Virus record (IMG/VR): IMGVR_UViG_3300042975_000096
Length of the DNA: 64,000 nt
Reading direction: 5' to 3' (one strand)
Source: a virus
Taxonomy: Duplodnaviria > Caudoviricetes
Within the stretch, counting starts at the first letter, position 1; the number at the start of each line of letters is the position of its first letter. The notes below the pieces were generated by a model. That model saw only the letters and a list, made by a program, of their open reading frames with translations. It was not told the origin of the DNA and searched no databases. Shown piece after piece: positions 1 to 10,115 of the stretch. A program made the position numbers and the translations under genes.

Positions 1-745
1 ATTCTCTCAATTTCTGAGAATACCCCGGAACCGTTTCATCAAAAACAACTTGCGGTTCAATTTCCGTTTTTGCGGCAATTGTTGTAATAGTTACACTATC
101 ACCAACTTTTGTAATTGATTCACCTGTAGTATCAGGAACAAACAAGTCCGTTATTTTCAATTTCAAACCAGGAACAGCAGTTGTATTAAAATCATTACTA
201 ACGCCCCATTCACCAATAATCTTCTTAGAAGAATTATCAGTTACACGATAGCAACCACAATTAATATGTGCTGAATCGGAATGGTCAAAAGCGTCTTCCA
301 AATATGTAATTTCTAACGTATAAGAACCATCTACAATTGCATATTCTTGATTATCATTAACAACGGCTTCAATCTGTTCTTTTAATTTCAAACTTCTTTC
401 ATTTGCCTGTGCAGTAATTGCATATTCACCAGGTTGAATTGTGTTCCAAGCAATTTTATTACCCTCTTTAAGAGTAAAGGCTTTACCTTCTTCAAATTCT
501 TTAGAACCTTTTACAATAGAACCATTGCTTAAAGCTTTATCTGTAACAGAAATAATTTCAAAAACATTTTTATATGCTAATGTGTCATATGATTGCGAAT
601 CGCTTTTTTTAATTGCTTCATTATATACTTCAAAATAATTTGCACCCGTACCAATCAAACCTAGCGCACGTGTTGCGCCTACATTATTTACGGTGCTTGC
701 TGATTTTACAAAACGAGCATAGGCACCAGGAACTCTATATGGCAT
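1..745 (-). CDS. Tail sheath protein, N-terminal part (runs off the left window edge; not in the ORF track)
   Basis: GGAGG RBS then ATG at 745. Manual translation MPYRVPGAYARFVKSASTVNNVGATRALGLIGTG matches the typical contractile-sheath start (PGxY...hhGhhG). It follows a tail-completion-like gene. Confidence 0.7.
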   Translation of the reverse strand, partial: MPYRVPGAYARFVKSASTVNNVGATRALGLIGTGANYFEVYNEAIKKSDSQSYDTLAYKNVFEIISVTDKALSNGSIVKGSKEFEEGKAFTLKEGNKIAWNTIQPGEYAITAQANERSLKLKEQIEAVVNDNQEYAIVDGSYTLEITYLEDAFDHSDSAHINCGCYRVTDNSSKKIIGEWGVSNDFNTTAVPGLKLKITDLFVPDTTGESITKVGDSVTITTIAAKTEIEPQVVFDETVPGYSQKLRE

Positions 746-779
746 ATATTTCTACCTCCATCCATTTTATTTTAAATGG

Positions 780-1433
780 CTACTTATTTTCACCATTTTT
801 TTCATTATTTTTTTCATCCCTAGTAACATGATTATGTTCTATCCACTTATCATCAACTTTTAAATTCATGTCAACATTAACATTAAATTCATTCGGGTCA
901 AGCAAGTCAACATCTTCAATCCATGTAGACCAGGTATTTATTCTTAACTGCGAAACATAAATTTTATCACTATTGTAATCTATTGTTGTTTCTCCAGCAT
1001 AAGACAAATCTTTAACTATTACCCCCTGGTTTTGAATATAACGCCTTAATGAAAATCTCAACGCTTTCGCAACCAAATCAGTAAAAACCTCTCTATCCAA
1101 CGGATTTCTACAACCAATATCTATCGTTAATGCGAATTCATAAATTCCCTGATAACGATACGCAATTATTGCACCTGTGCGTGGGTCTTTTATCTCCGTA
1201 CACATATCACCTAATCCACTAGTTACCATGTTGCCCGTTGATGCACTTATAATAACTGTTGGGAATGCTCTTAATTGCTCTGGTTCAGAATCATAAAAAG
1301 AAGCCTCTGTAAAATGAGCATCACTTATTTGACTAGGTAATTTATTCATATAATTTTTTGGATTATTAAAATATAATCTCAAAAATTGTATGAATACATC
1401 TTTGGTGTGCTTAATCGCATTTTCCATTAACAT
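780..1433 (-). CDS. Putative tail completion/terminator protein
   Basis: 217 aa, directly upstream of the sheath gene; FPTVII...YEFALTIDI pattern resembles tail terminators. Function is inferred. Confidence 0.5.
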   Translation of the reverse strand: MLMENAIKHTKDVFIQFLRLYFNNPKNYMNKLPSQISDAHFTEASFYDSEPEQLRAFPTVIISASTGNMVTSGLGDMCTEIKDPRTGAIIAYRYQGIYEFALTIDIGCRNPLDREVFTDLVAKALRFSLRRYIQNQGVIVKDLSYAGETTIDYNSDKIYVSQLRINTWSTWIEDVDLLDPNEFNVNVDMNLKVDDKWIEHNHVTRDEKNNEKNGENK

Positions 1434-1459
1434 TTACACACACCTCTTTTTTATTTGGT

Positions 1460-1474
1460 TCTATTAAAGAAATA
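1460..1474 (-). promoter_or_regulatory. Putative late promoter TATT-N7-TAGA (type example)
   Basis: TATT TCTTTAA TAGA, 27 nt upstream of 1433; the motif recurs upstream of about 13 genes (see findings). Confidence 0.55.
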
Positions 1475-1581
1475 TTTTTATTTATTTTTATTATTTATAC
1501 ACACTATTGCATATAAAATATGCTAGTTATCCTAACACGATTTTATAAATTTTAATTACGCATTGTTATTTTTTAATACCA

Positions 1582-1920
1582 TCAATTAACCGAATAATTA
1601 TTGTTATCTACCACAAAATCAATATATTCGTTTAAATCATTTAATAAATTTTCATCGGTGGCATCTTCTTCTTTTGCATCTTTATTAACATAAAAATATT
1701 CTTTCCTTACTGAATTTTTAAATGCGTTATCAGAATTAAACCTTTCCTTACCAATAGTCTTTAATTGTTTTTTCAACAATTCTTTTCCTGTTTCCGAAGA
1801 AAAATATGCTGATGGAACATCTTTAGCAGTAAAATCAATCCAATCTGCACTAAATTCAAATTTAACATTACTTACCTTAATTTCATTACTTTCTGCTACT
1901 CTAATTAATCTTTTTTTCAT
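1582..1920 (-). CDS. Small protein with KRLI leader; putative head-internal protein
   Basis: AGGAG RBS; starts MKKRLIRVAES. Confidence 0.55.
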   Translation of the reverse strand: MKKRLIRVAESNEIKVSNVKFEFSADWIDFTAKDVPSAYFSSETGKELLKKQLKTIGKERFNSDNAFKNSVRKEYFYVNKDAKEEDATDENLLNDLNEYIDFVVDNNNYSVN

Positions 1921-1942
1921 TTTTAATTCTTCCTTTACTTTT

Positions 1943-2776
1943 TTACAAATTTGGATACAAAGTTGTTCGCTTCATATTATAAATAGGGTCTTTCATATCA
2001 AATGCCTTTAGTTTTAATTCCTGATGAAATAAATATCCTCCAGCTTGATTTATCATAGATGCAGTCACTTGATATATTGTTCCTGTTGGACTAATCAATA
2101 TATCTCTGTTCATAATCTTAGTGTTTGAAATCGTCCACGCTCCCGGTGAATTGTCTTGAACCAACATTTGGGTACTTATACCCATTGACGTTTCAACAGG
2201 CTTCAACCGGACGTAGAGCTGGAATGCAGGGTCATATCCACCAACATATCCTGTTCCATAACAAACAGGACAATCTTGCGTTCCTGCACGACCGCGAATT
2301 TCATCATAACATTGCGTACAATGTTCACCATCATTCTTCCTAGTGTATAAATCAAATAACATTCCTGTATTTTTCAAAATCCATAAACTACGTTCATTCA
2401 TTTTGAAAAACCATCTATCTGTATTATGTACCTGAAAACATGTTGGTCTTGATAATGCACCCTCAATAAAATCACCATCTGATTCATATACGGCAGACAC
2501 TTTATACCAATTAGCAACATTTGGATTTCTACTAATATCAAAATCTTCAAATCTATTTGTCACTAATGGTTTAGCATTAACCTGATAAAAAATACCATTT
2601 TGAGATATTCCTTTATATAAATTATAATAAATGTTTTTTATTTCTTTGTTTAATACATGCTTATCTGGATTCCTTACTTCATCCCATGTCACAACAATAT
2701 GTGAATTATCTCTTGGATACGAAATTATGACATTTTGTGGTGGTAACAAATTCTTTTTAAATACCTGTATATTCAA
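1943..2776 (-). CDS. Putative neck/head-closure protein (FN3-like N-terminus plus Zn finger)
   Basis: FN3-like elements PPQNV...VTWDE...YNLY...YKVSAV; CTQC...CPVCYGTGYVGGY; lies among structural genes. Confidence 0.55.
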   Translation of the reverse strand: MNIQVFKKNLLPPQNVIISYPRDNSHIVVTWDEVRNPDKHVLNKEIKNIYYNLYKGISQNGIFYQVNAKPLVTNRFEDFDISRNPNVANWYKVSAVYESDGDFIEGALSRPTCFQVHNTDRWFFKMNERSLWILKNTGMLFDLYTRKNDGEHCTQCYDEIRGRAGTQDCPVCYGTGYVGGYDPAFQLYVRLKPVETSMGISTQMLVQDNSPGAWTISNTKIMNRDILISPTGTIYQVTASMINQAGGYLFHQELKLKAFDMKDPIYNMKRTTLYPNL

Positions 2777-2787
2777 AAATAATCACC

Positions 2788-3564
2788 TCATAACTTAATC
2801 ATAACATTCTTATTAAACAATATTGAACTGCCATTCAACTGTTCACTAAAACCATGTAAATCATCCAAACATATTTTTGTTGACTTTACAGGAGATTGTT
2901 TTGACCGTATTTTTATTTCATAATTACCATTTTTTAATGCAAATTTATATTTACCATCTTCATCTGTTTTTACATATGTTTTTAATTCTCCATCTTGTAA
3001 AACAATTATTTCTGCATTTTTTATTGGCGTATGTTTATTATCAATCAATTGTCCATAAATGTTTTTATAATCAGTACCGCAAAAAGAAACAGTATCTTTA
3101 TATTTTCTATAAATTAGACCCTCAATTAATAAATAATATTGGAATTTCAATCCATTACCAATATATTGATTTCTTTTGATTATTTTTTTGTTATTTATAT
3201 AAATTTCAATATTATAAATTCCAGGTTCAATATATGCTATATATCTACCACCATTATCTGTATAACAAACTTCTGAAACAACATCTCCAAATGTACTTGT
3301 TTTTTCATTATTTTTTATAAATACAATCTTTGCATTTGTATAAGTTTTATCGTTATCCTGTAATTTTCCCACAATTGGTTTAACCTTATATCTTTTCATA
3401 TCTAATAAAGACGGGTTTTTAATCACATTGTTATTTGTATATAAATTTGAAATAAATGTTTCTTCTGTTACTACTTCAAAAAAGCATTTATTAACGTGTG
3501 AAGATTGCCTACCAATTGCATCAAAATAACATTCAAAAGTTATAGATTTATCTTGTTTCAACAT
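2788..3564 (-). CDS. Virion protein with carboxypeptidase-regulatory-like (prealbumin/Ig-like) domains
   Basis: Repeated TDxxGxY...xxGxYxI motifs (TDNGGRYIAYIEPGIY, TDEDGKYKFALKNGNY). Confidence 0.6.
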   Translation of the reverse strand: MLKQDKSITFECYFDAIGRQSSHVNKCFFEVVTEETFISNLYTNNNVIKNPSLLDMKRYKVKPIVGKLQDNDKTYTNAKIVFIKNNEKTSTFGDVVSEVCYTDNGGRYIAYIEPGIYNIEIYINNKKIIKRNQYIGNGLKFQYYLLIEGLIYRKYKDTVSFCGTDYKNIYGQLIDNKHTPIKNAEIIVLQDGELKTYVKTDEDGKYKFALKNGNYEIKIRSKQSPVKSTKICLDDLHGFSEQLNGSSILFNKNVMIKL

Positions 3565-3567
3565 TCC

Positions 3568-3966
3568 TCACCCCAAATTAATTAACTTATGTTCAATTAA
3601 TTTATCTTCTTGAAATTTCTCTGCCTTAAATTTTATAGCATTATCATCAATAATCATTGTATATTTATATCTATAGTTATCATCAATTGTATTAATTCCA
3701 ACATTATAAATAATAAATTGACTATTATTAAACAAACTATATTTTTGTGTTTTAAATTGAAAAAAACTAGTTATTTTTTGTTTTAACTTAAAATCAAAAA
3801 CTTTATTATTAATAAAAAAATTAAGGTTATCCTTAACACCACAAAAAACATTTCCATCTGTAAAATAACAAATCTTTATATCTCGCGTATCTTCTAAAAA
3901 AGAATTGTCATATTCAGAAATTAAAATATCATTTTTTGTTAATATTTCCCAATGCATTTTACTCAT
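3568..3966 (-). CDS. Hypothetical protein
   Basis: 132-aa ORF overlapping or abutting both neighbours. Confidence 0.55.
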   Translation of the reverse strand: MSKMHWEILTKNDILISEYDNSFLEDTRDIKICYFTDGNVFCGVKDNLNFFINNKVFDFKLKQKITSFFQFKTQKYSLFNNSQFIIYNVGINTIDDNYRYKYTMIIDDNAIKFKAEKFQEDKLIEHKLINLG

Positions 3967-4474
3967 AGTTGTATAAAAAATTCAAATTAAAGCTATATTG
4001 ACTTTGCTTTATTAATGAATTTTCCCTTAATTTAATTTTTGTCTGAATTGTAGCATGGTCAGATACGCCTAATATTGTTCCATACTCATCACTTGCATTT
4101 CCCTGAATATCCTTAAAATTTTTATTACTCATGCTTATGTCTTTGAATTTAGATTTTACGTCTAATGTTGTGCATCTAGCATATAAGAACGGGGATAAAT
4201 TTCTTGATTCAGGAGGAATCTCTATCTCCAAACTACAGTTTGTAGCATTTTGTGCAATGGTTTGTGGCGTTCCACCATCCCATGCAGGTTCGTTATTCCA
4301 AATATCGAATTCAACTATATATTCCGATTCTCCACCTTTTAATCCATTGCAACGACCATAATATATTTTTTTATTCATTGATGTACTAGCCCATCCTAAT
4401 AATTGATGTCCATCAACATTATCCAACAGCCTAGTATAATATGTCATACGAGGATATACCAAATCAATCACCAC
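3959..4474 (-). CDS. Hypothetical beta-rich virion protein
   Basis: 171 aa; FDIWNN motif and C-terminal FNLNFLYNYE strand; structural context. Confidence 0.45.
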   Translation of the reverse strand: MVIDLVYPRMTYYTRLLDNVDGHQLLGWASTSMNKKIYYGRCNGLKGGESEYIVEFDIWNNEPAWDGGTPQTIAQNATNCSLEIEIPPESRNLSPFLYARCTTLDVKSKFKDISMSNKNFKDIQGNASDEYGTILGVSDHATIQTKIKLRENSLIKQSQYSFNLNFLYNYE

Positions 4475-4512
4475 ACTTCACTTAATTATGTATTTTCATA
4501 ATTTAAATAGAA

Positions 4513-4549
4513 AAAGAGCGATTAATAATATCTATATTAATCGCTCTTT
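4513..4549. terminator. Long hairpin, likely intrinsic terminator
   Basis: aaagagcgattaata-N7-tattaatcgctcttt, a 15-bp inverted repeat downstream of 4593-4844. Confidence 0.65.
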
Positions 4550-4592
4550 CATTTTTCTCTCTATAAATTAATACATGTTTTTCCAATGTGTA

Positions 4593-4844
4593 TTAAAACA
4601 CCACATATGTTTCATCATTAAAAATCTTATATGCCGTTCCGCAATTTTTACAAATCTTGTAACCTTCTTGGTCTTCTAATGGTGAATATTCACATTTTGG
4701 ACAAGTTCCCGTTCGAACTTCAGCAGAATCTAAAGATTTTAATTTCTCCATATTTTCTCCGTCTTGTGGAGTTACCTCAATCTTTATATCTTCCAATTCA
4801 CCATTAGTAATTGCTTTAATTAATCTTTTTTTCATAGAAATCAC
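4593..4844 (-). CDS. Zn-ribbon protein with KRLI leader
   Basis: MKKRLIKAIT start; CPKC...CKNCG. Confidence 0.65.
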   Translation of the reverse strand: MISMKKRLIKAITNGELEDIKIEVTPQDGENMEKLKSLDSAEVRTGTCPKCEYSPLEDQEGYKICKNCGTAYKIFNDETYVVF

Positions 4845-5188
4845 TCATTAACTAATTGAGCCAACTCGCCTACAAAATTATCATCATCATACAAATTATC
4901 ACATGCATATTCCATATCCGCTGCATCATAGTCACTCAAATCAGGTAACTCATTTGCCAATGCTTCAATAACATCTGTCATAAAGTCATCATCCTCGGAC
5001 ATTGTTTCTGCAACCTCATCATTAGAAACCTGAGTTTCAAACAAATCAGGATATTTATCAACAAAATCGTCCAACAAATTCAACATTTTCGGACTCGGAT
5101 TTTTTGCTAATCCTTTTAATTTCTTACTAAGTCCATGGTCATCATGATGCATATTAAAGCCACCAGATGCAATACTCTTTTTACTCAT
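4841..5188 (-). CDS. Acidic hypothetical protein (putative head-internal)
   Basis: Basic N-terminus MSKKSIAS followed by a D/E-rich body; late-promoter motif upstream. Confidence 0.55.
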   Translation of the reverse strand: MSKKSIASGGFNMHHDDHGLSKKLKGLAKNPSPKMLNLLDDFVDKYPDLFETQVSNDEVAETMSEDDDFMTDVIEALANELPDLSDYDAADMEYACDNLYDDDNFVGELAQLVNE

Positions 5189-5264
5189 ATATATCTACTT
5201 CCTTTTGAATTATTAATCATTTTTTACTATTAATAAAATAGCTCAATTTAGTCAATCTATTACG

Positions 5265-6380
5265 TTAAATATCAATTATTTGCTCACTTGTTTTAAAACC
5301 ATTACTATTAATAACAAATTTATATTTCCCTTTATTTAAATTTAATTTAAAACTTCCATCAACATCCGTAATATCTTCGCAAACATATTCGTAAATGTCT
5401 TTTTCTATATTATATACACTTGCTATAATTGAAGCACCCTCAATTCCATTTCCATGGGCATCTAATATATAATCAACGACTTCATTTTCTCCATTACCAT
5501 TATAAACGGTTTTCGTTTTTGTTTTTGTATCTTTAGAAACAATTTCCTCTATGGTTTTTTCCCCACTATTATAAACATTTAATTTAAACTTTTTCAATAT
5601 TCCTGTCGGAGTTTTTATTTTCATAACATAGTTTCCTTCATCTAAAAAAACTTTCCATTTCCCATGATTATCTGTTTTTGTTTCAATCAATGCAGTTTCA
5701 ATATCATCAATATTAAATATTGATATTTCAACATCAGGTATTCCCATATCATTTTTAGAAGTAAATTCATCTTCTATTTTAAACAATCCATTGCCTAACG
5801 CTTTATCAGAAATTTTTTCCAATCCAATATTATTAAATTGAATTTCTTCATTTTCATCACCTATTTGTGCGCGAACAGACCTTGATTCGTATCCGTTCAT
5901 AGAAAATACAAATTCATAATCTCCTGGATATAATTTACTCTCCCATTTTCCGTCTTCATCTGTCAAAGTTGAAAATACAACATTGTTTGATTCCAATTCA
6001 ACAACTTTTACAGTTAAACCTTTTAACAATCTATTATTATTTATATCATTCACATATCCATATAAATATATGGAATTTATATCTTCAATATTTTTTACAA
6101 CTATATTAAATTTATCTAGAACATTTAATGTCTCTCCATTAAACATTCCTCTATACACAACAACATATTGCCCATAATTATCACAAATATTTGTATCAAA
6201 GGTGTATGAATATCCCTCATCTAATGCATTCATAGATTTCCATGGTAAATCTTCGTACACAACCTCATCTGCTTCATGTAAAACTCTAACTTTAGGATTA
6301 TCAACCTTAATAATTTTATTTTCCACTCTAAATTCACAATACAATAACGCTTTATCGCCCTTGAAATAATCCATAACCAT
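5265..6380 (-). CDS. Virion protein with tandem carboxypeptidase-regulatory-like domains
   Basis: Three TDxxGxW/F...GxY repeats; same domain type as 2788-3564. Confidence 0.6.
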   Translation of the reverse strand: MVMDYFKGDKALLYCEFRVENKIIKVDNPKVRVLHEADEVVYEDLPWKSMNALDEGYSYTFDTNICDNYGQYVVVYRGMFNGETLNVLDKFNIVVKNIEDINSIYLYGYVNDINNNRLLKGLTVKVVELESNNVVFSTLTDEDGKWESKLYPGDYEFVFSMNGYESRSVRAQIGDENEEIQFNNIGLEKISDKALGNGLFKIEDEFTSKNDMGIPDVEISIFNIDDIETALIETKTDNHGKWKVFLDEGNYVMKIKTPTGILKKFKLNVYNSGEKTIEEIVSKDTKTKTKTVYNGNGENEVVDYILDAHGNGIEGASIIASVYNIEKDIYEYVCEDITDVDGSFKLNLNKGKYKFVINSNGFKTSEQIIDI

Positions 6381-6424
6381 CCCTCCATCATTTTACAAAA
6401 ACAAAATAGCATTTACGCAAAAAA

Positions 6425-6460
6425 AAATAAGACTCGCTTAACCAAACGAGTCTTATTTTT
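6425..6460 (-). terminator. Intrinsic terminator
   Basis: aaaataagactcg-loop-cgagtcttatttt with a long U-tract on the minus strand, after 6468-6989. Confidence 0.75.
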
Positions 6461-6467
6461 AACAAAA

Positions 6468-6989
6468 TTAGAATTTGAAATTCAATCCCGTATTCTTCAT
6501 TTTGCTCTCAACATGCTTACGCATAACATGAGCTGTTGAAATTCTATTATGCGGAAAATGCTTTTTAGCAAGATTTTTAATTGCTTTATCGCAAGCTTCC
6601 AATGTATCTTCTGTTTCAGCAACAACTGTTTCTGCAATTTTCTTAATTGCTTCATCGCACTCATCAGAAGTAATATCACTCTTTGCCGTTTTCTTGATTG
6701 CTTCTTTCGTTACAGATTTATCAAACGTGCAAGAAACGCCCTCACTAATAAGTTGTTTCTGTAGCTTGGTCAAAGAAGCACTTACATAACGTGCCGGGAA
6801 ATACTTCTTAACCAATTCCTCTGCATCAAACAAAATCTTTTCCATACGCATATCTAATTTTTTAGCCAAACGCTGTGCAAGAACATTACTCTGTTTTGCA
6901 ATCACTTCACGAGAAGCCTTAACTTCCTTCTTCGCTACTCTTTCAGCGTGTTTCTTAGCAATAACATTTTTAAGCTTATCTTTCGTCAT
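6468..6989 (-). CDS. Basic helical protein with internal duplication; putative head core protein
   Basis: Two similar halves (LVKKYFPARYVS / LAKKHFPHNRIS), each preceded by a KxA site (VKAS, KKTAKS). Confidence 0.55.
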   Translation of the reverse strand: MTKDKLKNVIAKKHAERVAKKEVKASREVIAKQSNVLAQRLAKKLDMRMEKILFDAEELVKKYFPARYVSASLTKLQKQLISEGVSCTFDKSVTKEAIKKTAKSDITSDECDEAIKKIAETVVAETEDTLEACDKAIKNLAKKHFPHNRISTAHVMRKHVESKMKNTGLNFKF

Positions 6990-7018
6990 TATTCAAAAAC
7001 CACCTTATTTTAATTTGA

Positions 7019-7873
7019 TTATTTGTCTGCCAACATTGCAGCAATAATACGGTTAACGTGTTTTACAGAAGCTTCTTTCTTATCTTCCTTTGCTTCTTTA
7101 GATTCGTCTATTTCATCAGCCTCATCTGTTTCTTCATCCAATGGAGCTTCGTCAACGTCCTCAAACGTAAACGTATCTTCCTCTGGAGCTTCATCTTCGG
7201 CAACTTCGTCAGCTTCCTCAACTTCATCTTCTGCAACTTCATCAGCAGGAGTCTCTGTTTCAGTTTCTTCAACCACAGGAGCATCCTCAACAGCTTCATC
7301 CTCAACAACAACTGGAGTTTCTTCATCAACCTCAACAGTCTCTTCAACAGCCGGTGCTTCTGGAGCAACAACCTCTGTAGCACTATCCATCAATGCTGGA
7401 TTCTGATAACGAGCATCCGGTGTCGTGCAATGGTCTACTGCATCTTCTTTTGCGATTTCCTGAGAAGTTTCAGCTTCAGCCTGTTGGAAATCTGGAATTT
7501 CAGACGTTTCACGAACGTTATAATCATAGACATCACCTGGGTCAGTCATTGCACGTTCTGCTGGGTCTGTAACTTTCTTCGTATCAATCCCTGCAATCTT
7601 CTCCATAACAACGCCCAATCCCTTTTTTGTGTTGTCTTTATAAGAAGCATCTACAACTTTCCACTTAAAATTCTTATATTTTACAGTATTACCTTCTACT
7701 GCTTTCGGGAGCATAGCCTTATCAATAATGGCAATATCTGCCTTTTCAATGCTTGCAACCGTAGTCTTTTTAACAGAAGCCTTTACCGTCTTAACATTTG
7801 CGTTTTTCTTAGAATCAATCTTTGCTTTTCGAGATTCAACAAAGCTATCCAACCATGACATTTTCTTTTCCAT
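7019..7873 (-). CDS. Putative scaffold/core protein (basic N-terminus, highly acidic C-terminus)
   Basis: MSWLDSF N-terminus; E/D/A/V-rich tract; shares segments with 55443-57703. Confidence 0.55.
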   Translation of the reverse strand: MEKKMSWLDSFVESRKAKIDSKKNANVKTVKASVKKTTVASIEKADIAIIDKAMLPKAVEGNTVKYKNFKWKVVDASYKDNTKKGLGVVMEKIAGIDTKKVTDPAERAMTDPGDVYDYNVRETSEIPDFQQAEAETSQEIAKEDAVDHCTTPDARYQNPALMDSATEVVAPEAPAVEETVEVDEETPVVVEDEAVEDAPVVEETETETPADEVAEDEVEEADEVAEDEAPEEDTFTFEDVDEAPLDEETDEADEIDESKEAKEDKKEASVKHVNRIIAAMLADK

Positions 7874-7900
7874 TTATATTACACATCCTTAAAAATTTTC

Positions 7901-8458
7901 TTAATTCTTCTTTGGTCTACCTGCTTTTTTTGCAGTATTTTTATTATTTTTAACTGATTCTTTAGAAATCTTGGTTTCTTTTTTATCAGCTTTAACAACC
8001 ACTTTATCTGTCTTTGTTTCTACCTTTTTGCTATCATCTGATTTATGTTCAGACTCTAAAGCAACCGTATTAAGCTTCTTCTGTTCTTCTTTTTTGCTTG
8101 TTTCAGAAGCCCCATCAGCCTTAACAACCGTATCATCTTTTTTTACTTCCGCTTTTTTATTTGCTTGTGCAGAAGTATATTTAGAAGAATCAGTAGCATT
8201 TACAACAGTTTCAGTATTTTTCTTTGCTTTTGGCAATTCAACAACACCATTCTTCGGTTTAATAGAAGTTTTAGTTTCTTTATGCTGTTTTGCCTCACAT
8301 TTAGAATGATGCAAATAATCACCTAAAAAGATTTTAATATCTTCTGAACTCTCAAATTCTTCATCTGAAAAAATTTTAGAATCCTTATCTGGAGTAAATT
8401 CTGTATTCAAATCTTTTACAAAGACATTGTAATTACCTGCTAATTTAACCTTATACAA
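7901..8458 (-). CDS. Lys-rich protein with C-terminal AT-hook-like motif
   Basis: Low-complexity K-rich tail ending KKAGRPKKN. Confidence 0.55.
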   Translation of the reverse strand: MYKVKLAGNYNVFVKDLNTEFTPDKDSKIFSDEEFESSEDIKIFLGDYLHHSKCEAKQHKETKTSIKPKNGVVELPKAKKNTETVVNATDSSKYTSAQANKKAEVKKDDTVVKADGASETSKKEEQKKLNTVALESEHKSDDSKKVETKTDKVVVKADKKETKISKESVKNNKNTAKKAGRPKKN

Positions 8459-8543
8459 GTATCATCAGTCCTTTACATTTTTAATTTATTCATCTATTTA
8501 GAAAATACATATTATTATAAAAAATATAACTCAAATAAAAAAA

Positions 8544-8972
8544 TTACAATGAATACTCAATAGTCGGAATCCCTTTTTCTTTTGCCATTGATAATTCTTT
8601 TATGCTCTGTTTTCCCCCACCAATTTTTATAAACAAATCTAACATACTTATAAATTCTTTACTTTCATCACCAAAGTTTTTACCATATGCATATATAATA
8701 TCACAAGGATACAATTCATATTCATATCCTTCTTTAGCCATAACACCAACTAAATTAAATCTTTTCCCCAATCTAATATTTTCCTCATTAGCCTTATCAT
8801 ATACCATTTTAGGGATTCCCAAATTTGTTGCTCCTGTAATAATATTTACCAACTCAGAAGTATTACAGAATTCATTCTCAATTTTATCAAATACTGCATC
8901 AATCAATTTTTGTGCATATTTTTTATCAAACTTAGAATCTGAATAACCAACAAAACCTATATTAACAGCCAT
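8544..8972 (-). CDS. SLOG-superfamily protein
   Basis: IGFVG...IITGATNLGIP...IGGGKQSIKELSMAKEKGIP fits the SLOG Rossmannoid pattern. Confidence 0.6.
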   Translation of the reverse strand: MAVNIGFVGYSDSKFDKKYAQKLIDAVFDKIENEFCNTSELVNIITGATNLGIPKMVYDKANEENIRLGKRFNLVGVMAKEGYEYELYPCDIIYAYGKNFGDESKEFISMLDLFIKIGGGKQSIKELSMAKEKGIPTIEYSL

Positions 8973-8993
8973 TTTAATATTCCACCTTTCAAT

Positions 8994-9926
8994 TTACGAT
9001 TGTTCCGATACAGTATTTCTTTCCCAAAAAACACCATTAACGAACCCCTGAATTGAATCATCATTATTTGCCATATCTAATCTCTGTTCAGCCCACACAC
9101 AAAACTGTTCATCCATTTCAATGCCAATATAATTTCTCTTTAGTTTTTTTGCAACAACCGACGTTGTTCCACTACCCAAAAATGGGTCAAATACAACATC
9201 ATTCTCATTTGAAGATGCCAATATCATCTTAGCAATCAATTTCTCCGATTTTTGTGTTGGGTGTGCTGTGTTTTCTGCCATAGACCAAAATGGAATTGTA
9301 ATATCATCCCAAAAATTAGAAGGACATGTATCTCTGAAATTACCTTTCTTACCTTCTACCCAATCTTTAGGTATGCCATCTACTTTATATGGTGCAATTA
9401 CCTTTTTACGAATCTTAACCGCATCCAAATTAAAAGTGTATTCATCGCTTTTCGTACAAAACCAAACATCTTCTAATGAATTTTTCCAATTTGCTTTTGC
9501 TCCACGACCCTTTTCTCTTTGCCATGTAATTCTACTTCTTACATCAAAAAACTCTCTTAATACATTGCCAATAACTAAAGAGGATTTCCAATCACAACAA
9601 ACATAAATAGACCCATCATTTTTCAATAATGGATATACTGCTTCAATCCACTTTCTTGTATAATTTTTATAATCCTCATCATCTTCTTTATGAAAAGTCA
9701 TTTTATTGAATTTCTTTGTTAAATTATAAGGAGGGTCAACAATCATCAAATCAACACTATTATTTGGCAACTTTGAACAAACGTCAAAAGTATCGCCTAA
9801 AATTGTTTTATTCAATACATTATTCAAATCATTCTGATTTTTTTCAACAGAAATGGTTCTATCTAAGAATTTTTGTCCATCTTCTATTGAAGTTTTTATT
9901 GTTTTATTTCTTGAATCATCACTCAT
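8994..9926 (-). CDS. DNA N4-C/N6-A methyltransferase (beta class)
   Basis: DPPY precedes HPTQK and DPFLGSGTT. Confidence 0.92.
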   Translation of the reverse strand: MSDDSRNKTIKTSIEDGQKFLDRTISVEKNQNDLNNVLNKTILGDTFDVCSKLPNNSVDLMIVDPPYNLTKKFNKMTFHKEDDEDYKNYTRKWIEAVYPLLKNDGSIYVCCDWKSSLVIGNVLREFFDVRSRITWQREKGRGAKANWKNSLEDVWFCTKSDEYTFNLDAVKIRKKVIAPYKVDGIPKDWVEGKKGNFRDTCPSNFWDDITIPFWSMAENTAHPTQKSEKLIAKMILASSNENDVVFDPFLGSGTTSVVAKKLKRNYIGIEMDEQFCVWAEQRLDMANNDDSIQGFVNGVFWERNTVSEQS

Positions 9927-10074
9927 TTTTATACTCCAACCTTTTTTATTTAAAATAAATATAGGGCATAAACCATCGCCCTATATAAATATTATATTAC
10001 TTTGATTAAAAAATTTATCATACTTTTCAATATTTTTTCGACATTTTGTTTTTTCATCATCTTATATATATTAA

Positions 10075-10107
10075 AAAACCAACTCTTTTATTTGAGCTGG
10101 TTTTTTA
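10075..10107 (-). terminator. Intrinsic terminator
   Basis: aaaaaaccaactc-loop-gagctggtttttt immediately after 10116-10496. Confidence 0.65.
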
Positions 10108-10115
10108 AATCACAA

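Noticed and set aside
7023-7858. Long + strand ORFs (266 aa and 127 aa) antisense to 7019-7873
   Set aside because: Shadow frames of a low-complexity Glu-rich gene; Phe/Ser-rich translation and no RBS.
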